Shown: positions 36,711-47,887, numbered from the stretch's first letter. The stretch is DNA of 64,000 bases from a bacterium (GCA_016932575.1 JAFGCO010000011.1:10851-74850); one strand, 5' to 3'. Notes: generated by a model from the letters alone, not told the origin. Program-made: numbers and translations.

Positions 36711-38288
36711 ATGTTCGAAAAAATTCTTAAAATAAGCAATTGGAAAATCAAATGGCGCATCATTCTTCTGATCAGCCTGATTGGCATTTTTGTCAGCATT
36801 CTTCTTGGCATTTACGCTCCCGGACAGGCCAGAAAAATGGGTGAAGCCATCCTGAAAAACGACGTGGGGTTTATTGCCAATCTGCTTGCCGACAATCTGG
36901 CTCTGGGTATGCAGACCCGCTTCTTCGATGAAGGCGCTTCATTGCAGCAAACTCTCGATATGTTAAAATCATCGGATGGACCTCAAAAAGGAACCATAAG
37001 CCAGGTTTATATCTTTGATGAGACTGGCGCATTCATCAGAGCTATGAAGGATGAAAAACCAATAGAGTTCAAGCAAACAAACAACATTGAAATCATCAAT
37101 AAAGGTGCCTATTTTCGTGTATGGATCCCCATGCAGGATATCGATCAGGCTGTTGTAGGATATCTGGCAATTGATTTTTCAAAGAATTTTTTCAAAAGAC
37201 AGGCAGATAAGATCGCATGGCTGGGTCTTCTGATTGGAATAATAGTACTGGCAGGCACTTTATTGGGAAGTATTTATCTCAGTCGCAGCGTTTCACAGGG
37301 ACTGCGCCGGGCTACCAATATCATGATTGACATTGCCGAAGGAGAAGGGGATCTAACCCGTCGTTTGCCTGTGGAATCTGAAGACGAGGTAGGAGAACTG
37401 AATCGGTGGATCAATGCCTTTATGGACAGGCTGCATGATCTGATCTCCCAGGTAAGGGACAACACAGACCAGGTAATCGGGGCTGTCGGACTGATTACGA
37501 ACGCTGCCAATGAAATGGCCTCGGGTGCCGAAGAACAGACTGCTCAGGCTTCCGAAGTATCTGCCGGTGTGGAAGAAATGACGTCTTCTATCATGCAAAC
37601 TTCACAAAACGCCGGTGAAACAGCGAAAATCAGCGAATCCGCCACAAATAAAGCCAAACAGGGTTCTGAGGCCATGCAAATGACACGCGAGGGTATCCGT
37701 GATATTGTGACATCAACGGGTAAGATGCGAGATATCATTAAAACTTTAACAGAACGCGCCGGCCAGATTGATAAAATTATCCAGGTGATCGACAAAATTG
37801 CTGATCAGACCAACCTGCTTGCATTAAATGCCGCAGTTGAAGCTGCACGAGCTGGTGAACAGGGCAGCGGTTTCGCAGTAGTCGCCGATGAAGTGCGAAA
37901 GCTGGCTGAACGCACCACAAATGCCACCAAAGAAATCGCGGAAACCATTCAGGCCATACAGCAGGATACGCATATGGCATCGGAGTCTATGGATGAAACA
38001 AACAGTAAAGTGGCCCACGGTGAATGGGCAACAGAGCAAACTGAAAAAGTGCTCGGTGAAATCGTGGACATTGTAGCGCAGGCCATGGATATGATTCAAC
38101 AAATTGCCGCGGCCGCTGAAGAACAAAGCGCTGGTGCCGAAGAAATTTCAAGCAGTGTCGAAACCATCGCCAGTATCACCAAACAATCCGCGGTAAACGC
38201 AGAAACCATGGCCTCTGCCGCACATCAATTAAATAAACAAACAGCTGTCCTTCAGAAGGCAGTCAGTTTGTTTAAATTACGTAAATAA
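36711..38288 (+). CDS. Methyl-accepting chemotaxis protein (TM, ~150-aa periplasmic domain, TM, HAMP, MCP signalling domain)
   Basis: [29 protein letters not shown]. Signalling core [34 protein letters not shown]. Confidence 0.85.
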   Translation: MFEKILKISNWKIKWRIILLISLIGIFVSILLGIYAPGQARKMGEAILKNDVGFIANLLADNLALGMQTRFFDEGASLQQTLDMLKSSDGPQKGTISQVYIFDETGAFIRAMKDEKPIEFKQTNNIEIINKGAYFRVWIPMQDIDQAVVGYLAIDFSKNFFKRQADKIAWLGLLIGIIVLAGTLLGSIYLSRSVSQGLRRATNIMIDIAEGEGDLTRRLPVESEDEVGELNRWINAFMDRLHDLISQVRDNTDQVIGAVGLITNAANEMASGAEEQTAQASEVSAGVEEMTSSIMQTSQNAGETAKISESATNKAKQGSEAMQMTREGIRDIVTSTGKMRDIIKTLTERAGQIDKIIQVIDKIADQTNLLALNAAVEAARAGEQGSGFAVVADEVRKLAERTTNATKEIAETIQAIQQDTHMASESMDETNSKVAHGEWATEQTEKVLGEIVDIVAQAMDMIQQIAAAAEEQSAGAEEISSSVETIASITKQSAVNAETMASAAHQLNKQTAVLQKAVSLFKLRK

Positions 38289-38415
38289 CACATAATCATC
38301 AAGGGCACCTGATCGTGAAACCAGTATCCCTTTAACGAAATCACGTCCAGGCGCTCCATTGTAAATAAAAAACAGAATGGGGCAACGTTATTATATATAA
38401 AAAAAGGATGATCCA

Positions 38416-40047
38416 ATGTTTAAACGATTGAAATTCAGAGAAAAATTATTTTCAATCCCCCTGGCTATACTCTTTTTCTTTTTTATTGCTATCATCGGCG
38501 TCACGATTATCAACAACAGATCAGCACATAACCGGAACAGCTTAATCAGCGAGGGATACTGTCCGGCTTATATGATCAGTCGGGACATGGCGGAACAGCT
38601 CGTCACCATTAAAATGAAACTCCAGGAGGCTGTTTCGACTATGGAAGAAGAAACACTTCTTGAAGCGGATGAAGCAAGAAATACATTTATTGCTTTAATC
38701 AATAAGGGAATACAAAATCCGGTTTTAGAGGATAAAATTGATTTGCTTGTCAGACGCAAGCAGGATCTTGAAGAATACTACAATCATGCTTATAAAATCA
38801 GCAAGCAGATGATTAATGGTTATATGAACAGAGATCTCATGAACGAGCTGGAAACCATGAATAAAAGGTATGAAAATCTCAAAATCGGGATTGAACAGGA
38901 TCGCGACATTTTTGAAAATGAAATGAACATGAATTTTAAAAAAATGGAAAAAAACAACAACGTTTCTTTCTTTATTATGGTAGGTTTGATAATCATCTCA
39001 ATGACAACCATAGGTATTGTGAATTACCATATCACCAATACAATCACCAGAAATCTGAATGAGATGGTCAATATGATGAAAGCCATTGCAAAAGGTGAGG
39101 GTGATTTGACCAAAAGGCTCACTGTATATTCAAATGATGAATTGGGAGATCTGGCCAATTGGTTCAACCTTTTTGTAGAGAAATTACATGCGATTATCAG
39201 TCAGGTACGACTCAATACCAACCATGTATCCAGCGCAGCTTCCACCATAAGCGCCACTGCGATACAAATGGCTGCCGGGTCTGAAGAACATAACACGCAA
39301 GCCGGAGAAGTATCTGCCAGTGTTGAAGAAATGACTGCCTCGATTATGCAGAATTCCAAAAACGCGGGAGAAACAGCTAAAATTGCAGAAGAGGCCAGTG
39401 ACCGTGTAAAACAAGGCACAGAAACCGTACAGACCACTCGCCAGGGCATGGAGCGTATTGTACAAGCATCTTTAAAAATGGAATCCACCATTAAGTCACT
39501 GACCAATCGAGCATTACAAATTGGTGAAATCACACGGGTCATTGATAAAATTGCCGATCAAACCAACCTTCTTGCCTTAAATGCTGCTGTGGAAGCGGCG
39601 CGCGCCGGCGAACAGGGCAGCGGTTTCGCGGTGGTTGCGGATGAAGTCCGCAAATTGGCCGAACGAACTGCAGAAGCAACCGGTGAAATTGCGGAAACCA
39701 TTGAAGCTATTCAAAAAGATACCATTGAAGCTTCCGAATCCATGATGGAAACCAAAGATGCTGTCGATTCCGGAAAAAATTCTACAGAACAGGCAGAAAT
39801 AGTATTGGCAGAGATTCTTAATTCCGTGAATCAGGCCGTGGATATGATACAGCAAATTGCCGCCGCTTCAGAAGAACAAAGCGCCGGTGCTCAGGAAATA
39901 TCAGGCAGTATAGAACAAATGAATTCTGTCTCCAGACAAACCTCTGATGGTTCAGAGAAAATGTCTACAGCGGCCCAGGAATTAAAGTCACAAACAGAAG
40001 TGCTAAGCGCGCTGGTTAATCATTTTAAATTAAATCACAATATATAG
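38416..40047 (+). CDS. Methyl-accepting chemotaxis protein (second paralog, distinct sensor domain)
   Basis: The HAMP and signalling core are identical in type to the first MCP ([34 protein letters not shown]). SD AAAGGA. Confidence 0.85.
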   Translation: MFKRLKFREKLFSIPLAILFFFFIAIIGVTIINNRSAHNRNSLISEGYCPAYMISRDMAEQLVTIKMKLQEAVSTMEEETLLEADEARNTFIALINKGIQNPVLEDKIDLLVRRKQDLEEYYNHAYKISKQMINGYMNRDLMNELETMNKRYENLKIGIEQDRDIFENEMNMNFKKMEKNNNVSFFIMVGLIIISMTTIGIVNYHITNTITRNLNEMVNMMKAIAKGEGDLTKRLTVYSNDELGDLANWFNLFVEKLHAIISQVRLNTNHVSSAASTISATAIQMAAGSEEHNTQAGEVSASVEEMTASIMQNSKNAGETAKIAEEASDRVKQGTETVQTTRQGMERIVQASLKMESTIKSLTNRALQIGEITRVIDKIADQTNLLALNAAVEAARAGEQGSGFAVVADEVRKLAERTAEATGEIAETIEAIQKDTIEASESMMETKDAVDSGKNSTEQAEIVLAEILNSVNQAVDMIQQIAAASEEQSAGAQEISGSIEQMNSVSRQTSDGSEKMSTAAQELKSQTEVLSALVNHFKLNHNI

Positions 40048-40062
40048 ACAGGCCTGAGGGAA

Positions 40063-40899
40063 ATGATAGAAACGCCATACATTGTCACATATCCGGTATC
40101 TGATGCTGAATTTCAATTGATACAAAAGTTAATATATGAGACTGCGGGAGTATACATCAAATCCCATAAAAAAACAATGGTTGCCAACCGTCTCAGAAAA
40201 AGACTGGAGGCTCATGGCTTCAGCAGGCATAAACAGTATTATGATTTTATCACAAAGACACCGGAAGGACGACAAGAATTAATTGAATTTATTAATTGCC
40301 TGACCACCAATGAGACTTTTTTCTTTAGGCATGGCGAACAATTGGATCTCTTGGCAGAAAAAATTATTCCTCAACTTCTTTCTGAACTGAAACCTTCGGA
40401 AAAACTCCGAATATGGTCTGCCGCCTGCTCATCGGGTGAAGAACCTTATTCTATTGCAATATTGCTCCATCACAAATTCAGGCCAGATGTCCTGAAACGT
40501 ATTGAAATAGTGGCATCCGATATTAACATTCAGGTATTGGAAAAGGCCAAACAGGGGGATTATAAACCGTATGCACTGCAAAAGGTATCGCCATTTTTCA
40601 AGGGTCATTACTTCGAAAAAAAATCCGAAGACAAATATCACCTGATCCGGCCAGTGAAAGAAATGGTTCAATTCTTTCGCCATAATTTATTAGAATCCAA
40701 TCACCACGGAAAATTTGATATTATTCTCTGCCGTAATGTAATGATCTATTTCGATATTGAAAGTAAAAAGAAAACACTTGGGCAAATAGACCTGTGTTTG
40801 AAAAAGGGCGGATATTTGATGACCGGTTACGCAGAAAGTCTTTTTAGAATAGAAACCACTTTAAAGTATATACAACCGACACTCTATTTCAAAGAATAG
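40063..40899 (+). CDS. cheR: Chemotaxis protein methyltransferase CheR
   Basis: RIWSAACSSGEEPYSIAILL is the CheR SAM-binding domain. Confidence 0.85.
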   Translation: MIETPYIVTYPVSDAEFQLIQKLIYETAGVYIKSHKKTMVANRLRKRLEAHGFSRHKQYYDFITKTPEGRQELIEFINCLTTNETFFFRHGEQLDLLAEKIIPQLLSELKPSEKLRIWSAACSSGEEPYSIAILLHHKFRPDVLKRIEIVASDINIQVLEKAKQGDYKPYALQKVSPFFKGHYFEKKSEDKYHLIRPVKEMVQFFRHNLLESNHHGKFDIILCRNVMIYFDIESKKKTLGQIDLCLKKGGYLMTGYAESLFRIETTLKYIQPTLYFKE

Positions 40900-40913
40900 G
40901 TAAATCGATCACC

Positions 40914-42995
40914 ATGCATACCATATTTGATGAATATAAAATTGCTTTTCTTGAGGAAACCCAGGAACATCTGATCATGTTGAACGACGATTTAATTGCT
41001 CTCGAAAAAAATCCTTCCCAGACTGATCTTATTGACAGCATTTTTCGTGTTTTGCATACCCTGAAAAGTTCGGCAGCCGCTGTCGGTTTCAATGAGCTGA
41101 GTCAGTTTGCCCATCGTGCTGAAGATCTGGTCCAACAAATTCGTAATAAACAGAGAAAAATCACTCCTAAACTTGTCAATCTTCTGTTCCAGGTGTTCGA
41201 TAACATTCAGGCATTCATCAACCTTGCTCAGTCAGATCATGCCGACAACAAAATATTCTCCCAAGTATTACGGCAGCTGATGGCCTATAAAAGCCGAAAA
41301 GGCCGAAAAAATATTCGTATAAAACCGGAGATACCCGCTTCTGCATCCGTGCAGCAGTTGCCGGCCGAGATTCAGACCCATCTTAATCAAAAGACCGGAA
41401 GAGATGCGACTCTCTACGAAATTTCTGTTTGCATTGATACTGCTGAACCCATTAAATGGCTGCGTTCGGAACTCATTCTAAATCATGCAAAAAAACTCGG
41501 GGAAATTGTCGCCATTGTACCGGACAAATCTTCATTTCAATCCATCGCGTTTGATGGCAGATTCAAACTCTTTCTTTCATCAAAACAAAACGCAGCAACC
41601 ATTCAAAAAAAGATTACGATTGATTTGATGAAAATTGAGAACATTCAAGTGCTTTCACCGAACGACATGACCAATTCAAACACTCCTCAATCATCCCAGG
41701 TTGAGAACAATCGCAATCGCTTCAACAATTACAAACAAGCCGGAAAAACCAATACCATTCGTGTGCCAATAAAAAAGCTGGACAGTATCATGCACCTTGT
41801 GGGAGAATTGGTGGTGGCCAATTCAGCGTTAAAAATACTGGAAAATCAGATTCATAATATTCATCGAGACGACCCGATCTCTCATGAAATGAATTTAATT
41901 GTAGATAAATTTTCCAAGCTGTCGACATCACTACAAAGCAGGGTGTTAAACACGCGTATGATGCCGATTTATATCCTGTTTAATCAATATAACCGGGTTG
42001 TCCGCGACCTTTCTCAAAAGGAATCAAAAGAAATTGATTTATTAATCAGCGGAGGCGAAACCGAGCTGGACAAAAAAGTAATCGATGCCATGGGCGACCC
42101 TCTGACCCATCTGATACGAAATGCAGTAGATCATGGTATTGAATCACCTCAGGAACGGAAAAGCAAAGGTAAAAACCTCCGGGCAAAAATTCAATTGTCT
42201 GCAGCACAGGCTGGAAACCACATCCTTATTTCAATTAAGGATGACGGAAGGGGTCTTGATTTAAATAAAATCCGAACGACCGCTGTGGAAAAGGGATTGC
42301 TGCAAAAAGAGGCAGCTGACAGTATGGCGGAATCCGAAATTCTGAATATGGTTTTTGAACCCGGATTCAGCACCGCTGAAAAGGTGAGTTCTGTTTCAGG
42401 AAGAGGGGTTGGTTTGGATGTGGTAAATAATATTATCAGCAGTCTGAATGGAACTGTTCAGATTAATTCCCGACAGAATCAGGGAACTGAATTTTTAATT
42501 ACACTTCCATTAACACTGGCAATATCCACAGTTATTGTCGTAGAAGCGGGGAAAAGCAGTTATGGTATTCCCATCAATGATATTCGCGAGACGATTAAAG
42601 TACCTGAGCATGAATTAAACACACGGCAATGCATTCGTGCACTAAACTTGGAAAATCGTGTTATCCCGGTATTGGGGCTTGATCAGATTCTTGACGAAGC
42701 ACCGGCGCGATTGCCCAAAGACATCCATGGGAATGTTCCTGTCATTATCGTCACTTACCAGGAGCGTGAAATCGGACTCATCGTCGATCGCATTATGGGT
42801 AAACAGGAAATTGTCATGAAACCATTAGAAGAACATTATAAATCAATTCGCGGTGTATCCGGGGCCGCTATTCTGGGGGATGGGACTGTAATTCTCATCG
42901 CCGATGTACTGGGCATCATACAAATTGTAAGAGACATTGAAAAAGAAGACCAAAAATCCCAAACAACCATAAAGGAAAAGGTACAACCATGTTAA
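40914..42995 (+). CDS. cheA: Chemotaxis histidine kinase CheA (Hpt, dimerisation, HATPase, CheW-like)
   Basis: Hpt VLHTLKSSAAAVGF. HATPase LTHLIRNAVDHGIE...GRGVGLDVV. C-terminal CheW-like domain. Confidence 0.9.
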   Translation: MHTIFDEYKIAFLEETQEHLIMLNDDLIALEKNPSQTDLIDSIFRVLHTLKSSAAAVGFNELSQFAHRAEDLVQQIRNKQRKITPKLVNLLFQVFDNIQAFINLAQSDHADNKIFSQVLRQLMAYKSRKGRKNIRIKPEIPASASVQQLPAEIQTHLNQKTGRDATLYEISVCIDTAEPIKWLRSELILNHAKKLGEIVAIVPDKSSFQSIAFDGRFKLFLSSKQNAATIQKKITIDLMKIENIQVLSPNDMTNSNTPQSSQVENNRNRFNNYKQAGKTNTIRVPIKKLDSIMHLVGELVVANSALKILENQIHNIHRDDPISHEMNLIVDKFSKLSTSLQSRVLNTRMMPIYILFNQYNRVVRDLSQKESKEIDLLISGGETELDKKVIDAMGDPLTHLIRNAVDHGIESPQERKSKGKNLRAKIQLSAAQAGNHILISIKDDGRGLDLNKIRTTAVEKGLLQKEAADSMAESEILNMVFEPGFSTAEKVSSVSGRGVGLDVVNNIISSLNGTVQINSRQNQGTEFLITLPLTLAISTVIVVEAGKSSYGIPINDIRETIKVPEHELNTRQCIRALNLENRVIPVLGLDQILDEAPARLPKDIHGNVPVIIVTYQEREIGLIVDRIMGKQEIVMKPLEEHYKSIRGVSGAAILGDGTVILIADVLGIIQIVRDIEKEDQKSQTTIKEKVQPC

Positions 42996-43618
42996 ATCTT
43001 GCCGAGGAATTAAACAAGGTCAATATCTCCAAATCCACCTTTAACCAAATCAAACACATCTTTCAATATGGATTTGACCAGGCGGCACATTCGGCTTCAA
43101 CAATGTTTGGTCGTCCCATGACCATCGATCAAATTCAAATCCAGATAAAAAGCGGTGAAACCTTTATGAATCAGGTTGAAAATGAATTTGAAACATGCTA
43201 TTTCGCCTCTATCATTAAAACCATGAACGACATGAACTTAAATATCCTCTTCCTCACATCTGAAACAGAAGGCATCGGGTTGTATCACTCATTGATTGGA
43301 GAAGAGAAAAGAGCAAATGTTTTCGTCACATCAGAAATGATTTCCGCTATTGGAGAACTCAACAATATTCTTGGAAGCGCCTTTATCAACAGCATTGCAA
43401 ATTACTTTAAAACAATTATTCATGCAACCCCCCCTTATAATACATTTGATATGTTGGGGGCTGTGGTTCAATGTATCGTATTGCAGGATGAGTTTTTAAA
43501 CAAAGAATTTTTATGTGTGGATGCGGCCATTCGTGAAAAGGAACATGAGGGATTTCTGATTCGATTAATCATCATGTCGAATAAAGATCTATTTATTGAA
43601 CTGGCAAACCGATTCTAA
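42989..43618 (+). CDS. CheC-like CheY-P phosphatase (CheC/CheX/FliY family)
   Basis: Two-repeat architecture. SAIGELNNILGSAFINSIANYF fits the S-x3-E-x2-N active-site motif. It overlaps the cheA stop by 7 nt. Confidence 0.6.
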   Translation: MLNLAEELNKVNISKSTFNQIKHIFQYGFDQAAHSASTMFGRPMTIDQIQIQIKSGETFMNQVENEFETCYFASIIKTMNDMNLNILFLTSETEGIGLYHSLIGEEKRANVFVTSEMISAIGELNNILGSAFINSIANYFKTIIHATPPYNTFDMLGAVVQCIVLQDEFLNKEFLCVDAAIREKEHEGFLIRLIIMSNKDLFIELANRF

Positions 43619-43626
43619 AAGGCCCG

Positions 43627-44100
43627 ATGGAAACCTTTTTAAAAATGTCCGAAATCCGGGTGGCAAAGGCACCTTGCGTGATTAAAACTGTTGTCGGATC
43701 ATGTATTGCGCTTTGTATTTGGGACAGGGAAACCAGGATTGGAGGAATGGCCCATATTATGATGCCAAGCAATAATGGAGATACTTCGGCACCAAAAGGC
43801 AAATACGCAGATCTTGCTGTGGATGCACTCATTAATGAAATGCAGGAAAAAGGTGCTGTCCTAAAAGATATGATTGCCACCTGTATAGGCGGAGCAACCA
43901 TGTTTGGAAAAGTCAACGGATTAAAACCGACAATTGGCGAACGTAATGTGGAAATTGTCAAATCTCTTTTAACAGATTACACGATTCCAATCATGATTGA
44001 ATCTGTGGGCGGATTTGCAGGAAGAAAAGTTGCTTTGGACTGTAATAATGGGGCTGTAACTGTGACGATGCTTAATAAAAAATTTCAGTATGATTGGTGA
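43627..44100 (+). CDS. cheD: Chemoreceptor glutamine deamidase CheD
   Basis: VVGSCIALCIWDRETRIGGMAHIMMP. Confidence 0.8.
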   Translation: METFLKMSEIRVAKAPCVIKTVVGSCIALCIWDRETRIGGMAHIMMPSNNGDTSAPKGKYADLAVDALINEMQEKGAVLKDMIATCIGGATMFGKVNGLKPTIGERNVEIVKSLLTDYTIPIMIESVGGFAGRKVALDCNNGAVTVTMLNKKFQYDW

Positions 44101-44106
44101 TAAACC

Positions 44107-45192
44107 ATGAGTCATTCAAAACAAGAAAAGCCCATAGGGGTTCTATGCGTTGATGACTCTCCTCTCATTCGTAAAATTCTGACGCGGATGATTGGAAAAC
44201 ATCCGGATCTGAAGCTTTTGGGGACCGCACATAACGGAAAAACGGCATTGGAAGAAATCGCCAGGAAAAAACCGGATGTTATTACCCTTGACTTTGAAAT
44301 GCCTGAAATGGATGGGCTGGAAACTTTGCGCCGAATCATGCAGGAAATGCCAACACCCGTCATCATGTTAAGCTCATATTCTGTCGAAGGTGCGGATTTA
44401 ACATTTCGAGCTCTGGATCTCGGCGCTGTGGACTTTATTGCCAAACCGCACAAGATTTTTTCTCGAAGCATAGAAGATATTGAAACGCAAATTTTAAATA
44501 AAATCCGCGCGGCCAGTCAGGTCCATGTTAAAAAAATGGATCCTGTTCAAATAAAATCTGCTCTCAACAGTCAGCATCTGCATAAAGAACATAAAAAATC
44601 AATCCGGATACGTGCCTGTGACTATGTCATTTCTATTGGAGTTTCCACTGGCGGACCATTGGCTCTAAAACAAATATTGCCGATGATACCGGCAGATATC
44701 AATGCTTGCTTTTTAATTGTGCAGCATATGCCGCCGGGATTCACAAAAGCATTGGCTGACCGTTTAAACGAAATTGCTTCTGTTGATATCAAAGAAGCGG
44801 ACGACGGCGATCTTTTGATGAGTGGTAAAGTCTATATCGCAAAAGGCGACCACCATTTGATCGTACGCGGAGCGAACCATGGCTGGATTACAGGACTCAG
44901 CATAAATGGGCATGTATCCAGTTTTCGGCCTTCGATTGACGTTTTAATGAACTCAACATCCAAATATTTTGAAGACAGAAATATTGGCGTCATCATGACA
45001 GGCATGTGCGCCGATGGTGTCAAAGGCGTTCAAAGCATAAAGAATAAAAACGGACGGGTGATTGCACAAGATGAACGGACATCCGTCATTTTTGGAATGA
45101 ATAAACTGGCAATACAGGCGGGTTATGTCGACGAAATCGTTCCTTTAAATCAAATTATTCCTAAAATTCTGGAACACATTAATTACGCGTAA
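44107..45192 (+). CDS. cheB: Protein-glutamate methylesterase CheB (REC + methylesterase)
   Basis: IGVSTGGPLAL, QHMPPGFT. Confidence 0.9.
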   Translation: MSHSKQEKPIGVLCVDDSPLIRKILTRMIGKHPDLKLLGTAHNGKTALEEIARKKPDVITLDFEMPEMDGLETLRRIMQEMPTPVIMLSSYSVEGADLTFRALDLGAVDFIAKPHKIFSRSIEDIETQILNKIRAASQVHVKKMDPVQIKSALNSQHLHKEHKKSIRIRACDYVISIGVSTGGPLALKQILPMIPADINACFLIVQHMPPGFTKALADRLNEIASVDIKEADDGDLLMSGKVYIAKGDHHLIVRGANHGWITGLSINGHVSSFRPSIDVLMNSTSKYFEDRNIGVIMTGMCADGVKGVQSIKNKNGRVIAQDERTSVIFGMNKLAIQAGYVDEIVPLNQIIPKILEHINYA

Positions 45193-45208
45193 AAGGAGGT
45201 GAAATCTT

Positions 45209-45718
45209 ATGGCCATACAAGATCTGGATGCAAATTTTATTGAGCTTTTTCTGGGATCAGTCGAATCTACTTTTTCAAAGGTTTTTAATACTGAAGTCAC
45301 CCGTGGACAAATGTCTATCTGGAAAAACAATCTGAGCGATCATGAAATTGCTGCGATTACCGGAATTATTGGAGAAGCGCATACGGGAATGGTAATTTAC
45401 AGTATGAAAGAATGCACTGCAGAAAGGATGATTCGCTTTCTGGATCCTTCGATGTCAAAGGAATTCGACAGACGGGTTATTTACGATGGACTCAGCGAAA
45501 TCATTTGTATACTCTCGGGAAACACAATGACTGCCTTTTCAGAAAATGATATTGAGATTGACATCACAACTCCTTCTATTGTCTCAGGAGACTCGTTTCA
45601 AATGCATATGCCTAATCACACAATGCTGACCGTGGATATGCTTTCTGAATTCGGAACCATCGATGTGAATATTGCTATTAAACGACATGGCAAAAAACAA
45701 AAAAATAAAGCAGCATAA
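45209..45718 (+). CDS. CheX/CheC-family-like small protein (putative second phosphatase)
   Basis: SD AAGGAGG. IAAITGIIGEAHTGMVIY...ICILSGNTMTAF resembles the CheX fold. The assignment is weak. Confidence 0.45.
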   Translation: MAIQDLDANFIELFLGSVESTFSKVFNTEVTRGQMSIWKNNLSDHEIAAITGIIGEAHTGMVIYSMKECTAERMIRFLDPSMSKEFDRRVIYDGLSEIICILSGNTMTAFSENDIEIDITTPSIVSGDSFQMHMPNHTMLTVDMLSEFGTIDVNIAIKRHGKKQKNKAA

Positions 45719-45731
45719 GGAGGATAGCTTA

Positions 45732-46094
45732 ATGGGAAAAATTATGATTGTTGATGACGCCCGGTTGATGCGAAATATCATTCGTACAGCGCTACTGGAA
45801 AATAATGATTACAAAATTGTTGAAGCGGTTAATGGAAAAGAAGCCGTAGCCTTGTACAAGCAGGAACAACCGGACATTGTGACCATGGACATTACAATGG
45901 AAGTGAAAAACGGTGTGGAAGCTGCCAAAGAAATTTTGGAATATGATCCCAATGCTAAAATCATCATGGTCACATCTTTGGGACAGGAAAAACTTCTCAA
46001 AGAATGTGTGGAGGCTGGTGTAAGCGATTATATCGTCAAGCCATTCACCAAAGAAAGGATCACATCATCCATATTGAATTCATTGAACAACTGA
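45732..46094 (+). CDS. cheY: CheY-like response regulator (stand-alone receiver)
   Basis: Start at ATG 45732 with SD AAGGAGG 9 nt upstream; the track start 45672 is an upstream extension. KIMIVDDARLMRN...DIVTMDITME...IIMVTSLGQE...DYIVKPF. Confidence 0.85.
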   Translation: MGKIMIVDDARLMRNIIRTALLENNDYKIVEAVNGKEAVALYKQEQPDIVTMDITMEVKNGVEAAKEILEYDPNAKIIMVTSLGQEKLLKECVEAGVSDYIVKPFTKERITSSILNSLNN

Positions 46095-46216
46095 TTCACC
46101 TATCATGGATAATCGTATGATTCAGTTTTATATTGAACAAAGAGAAACCTTAATAGGAGTTAGACAGATGACAACAAATCATTCAGTCGATCCATTATAT
46201 CCATCAGGAGGTCTGC

Positions 46217-46639
46217 ATGTATAAAATTCTCATTGCCGATGATGCAAAATTAATGCGGGACATCATCTGTCAGGTATTCAGAGAATTCGGCGATTTCGAA
46301 ATAATCATTGCGCATAACGGCAATGAAGCAGTTGAACTCTACAAACAGCACCAACCGGATCTCGTAACTATGGATATCACAATGGAGATAAAAGACGGGC
46401 TCCAGGCCACTCAGGAAATCATGACTTATGATGCCAATGCTAAAATTATCATCATTACATCCCTGGGTCAAGATAAATTGCTGAATGCATGCCTGAATTG
46501 CGGAGCTTATGATTTTATTGTCAAGCCCTTTAACAAAGACCGTATTAAATCAGCTGTTCAAAACGTATTAGGTAAAAAAAATGTTTCAATACCGAACCGA
46601 AATACATCAATGCTTAACTCTTCAATGACATACAAGTAA
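46217..46639 (+). CDS. Second CheY-like receiver with a short C-terminal extension
   Basis: SD CAGGAGG. KILIADDAKLMRD...DLVTMDITME...DFIVKPF. Confidence 0.8.
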   Translation: MYKILIADDAKLMRDIICQVFREFGDFEIIIAHNGNEAVELYKQHQPDLVTMDITMEIKDGLQATQEIMTYDANAKIIIITSLGQDKLLNACLNCGAYDFIVKPFNKDRIKSAVQNVLGKKNVSIPNRNTSMLNSSMTYK

Positions 46640-46655
46640 AATTGAGAAGAAACCA

Positions 46656-47759
46656 ATGGCACTCGAAATGGTATTGATCGAAAGAATCTGGATGGAGCTT
46701 CTGGAAACAGCAAATATGCCATGCTTCATTATGGATGAGCAGGGTCAGCTTATTGAAGGAAACGATGCTCTTAAAATATTGATAGAATGCCCATCCTGGC
46801 AAACCATCGAGCCGTACAACGTATTTGAAAAACTCGGAATAGATGATAACAATTTGAAACATATCAGAGATAAGCTTGATAAAGGCATCCTCTCTCAGCA
46901 TATCCAAATCCGTCACAAGGGAAAAAACCGGAGAATGCATTTTATTTGTCGAGAAATGCAGGTTCAGGTTTATGATTCAATGATGTATTATGGTATGCTG
47001 ATAGATGAAACAGAAAAAGTGGAATTGCAGCAAAAATGGTCCCGTGCTAAAAAAACAGTTGCCCTGGGCCAATTAACCGGAGAAATCATCCACGATTTCA
47101 ATAATCTGACCAATATTATTCAAAATTGTGCAGAATTAATCCATCGCGAAATCGACGATAATGGTCATATTTACAATGATCTGCAGGCAATCAGACTGGC
47201 TGCCCAAAAAGCCAGCCAGCTGAGTCAAAAACTATTAACCTATATCAAAGAAGGGCACGAATCTCAATCCACAGTATTTTCTGTAAACGATAAAATTCGT
47301 GAGCTCCTTGGTATATACAATGCCTTTTTACAAAATCATTTTACCATTGAGTATCAATTAAATGCCGAAGAAGACCGGGTGCAAGGAGATCCAGCGCTTC
47401 TGGATCAGGCCATTATGAATTTACTTATCAATGCCAAGGAAGCCATGCCAGACGGGGGTATCATCACAATTATAACCAAAAACGTCAATATGATTGAAGC
47501 CCTGCCCCATAAAAAATCTTTAAAAATCTGTCCCAACAATTACATTTGCATTCAAATTAGAGATACCGGTCCAGGTATTCCTCAGGAATTAAAGAAAAAT
47601 ATTTTCCAGCCACTCTTCACCACAAAACAGAAAGGTACTGGTCTGGGATTATCCATTGTTGAAGACAATATACATAAATTGAACGGCCGTATTTCCGTTT
47701 ACAGCCGTAGAAAGCAGGGCTCAACTTTTAATATATTAATTCCATTTTATAAAAAATAA
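46656..47759 (+). CDS. Cytoplasmic PAS-HisKA-HATPase histidine kinase, terminal gene of the chemosensory cluster
   Basis: H-box GEIIHDFNNLTNII. HATPase GTGLGLSIV. Confidence 0.8.
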   Translation: MALEMVLIERIWMELLETANMPCFIMDEQGQLIEGNDALKILIECPSWQTIEPYNVFEKLGIDDNNLKHIRDKLDKGILSQHIQIRHKGKNRRMHFICREMQVQVYDSMMYYGMLIDETEKVELQQKWSRAKKTVALGQLTGEIIHDFNNLTNIIQNCAELIHREIDDNGHIYNDLQAIRLAAQKASQLSQKLLTYIKEGHESQSTVFSVNDKIRELLGIYNAFLQNHFTIEYQLNAEEDRVQGDPALLDQAIMNLLINAKEAMPDGGIITIITKNVNMIEALPHKKSLKICPNNYICIQIRDTGPGIPQELKKNIFQPLFTTKQKGTGLGLSIVEDNIHKLNGRISVYSRRKQGSTFNILIPFYKK

Positions 47760-47887
47760 ATGACTATATCCGGTTTGTGTAAAAATGATTCGTTATAGTC
47801 ATATTAATGCAATCTCAATAATTCCATCTTGTCATTCATTGTTAAATTCTATATATTATTATCATAATCACAAATAGGAAACCACTT

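Noticed and set aside
47760-47810. Inverted repeat ATGACTATA...TATAGTCAT after the last che gene, considered as a terminator
   Set aside because: The loop is ~28 nt, there is no T-tract, and the stem is AT-rich. It is not convincing as an intrinsic terminator.
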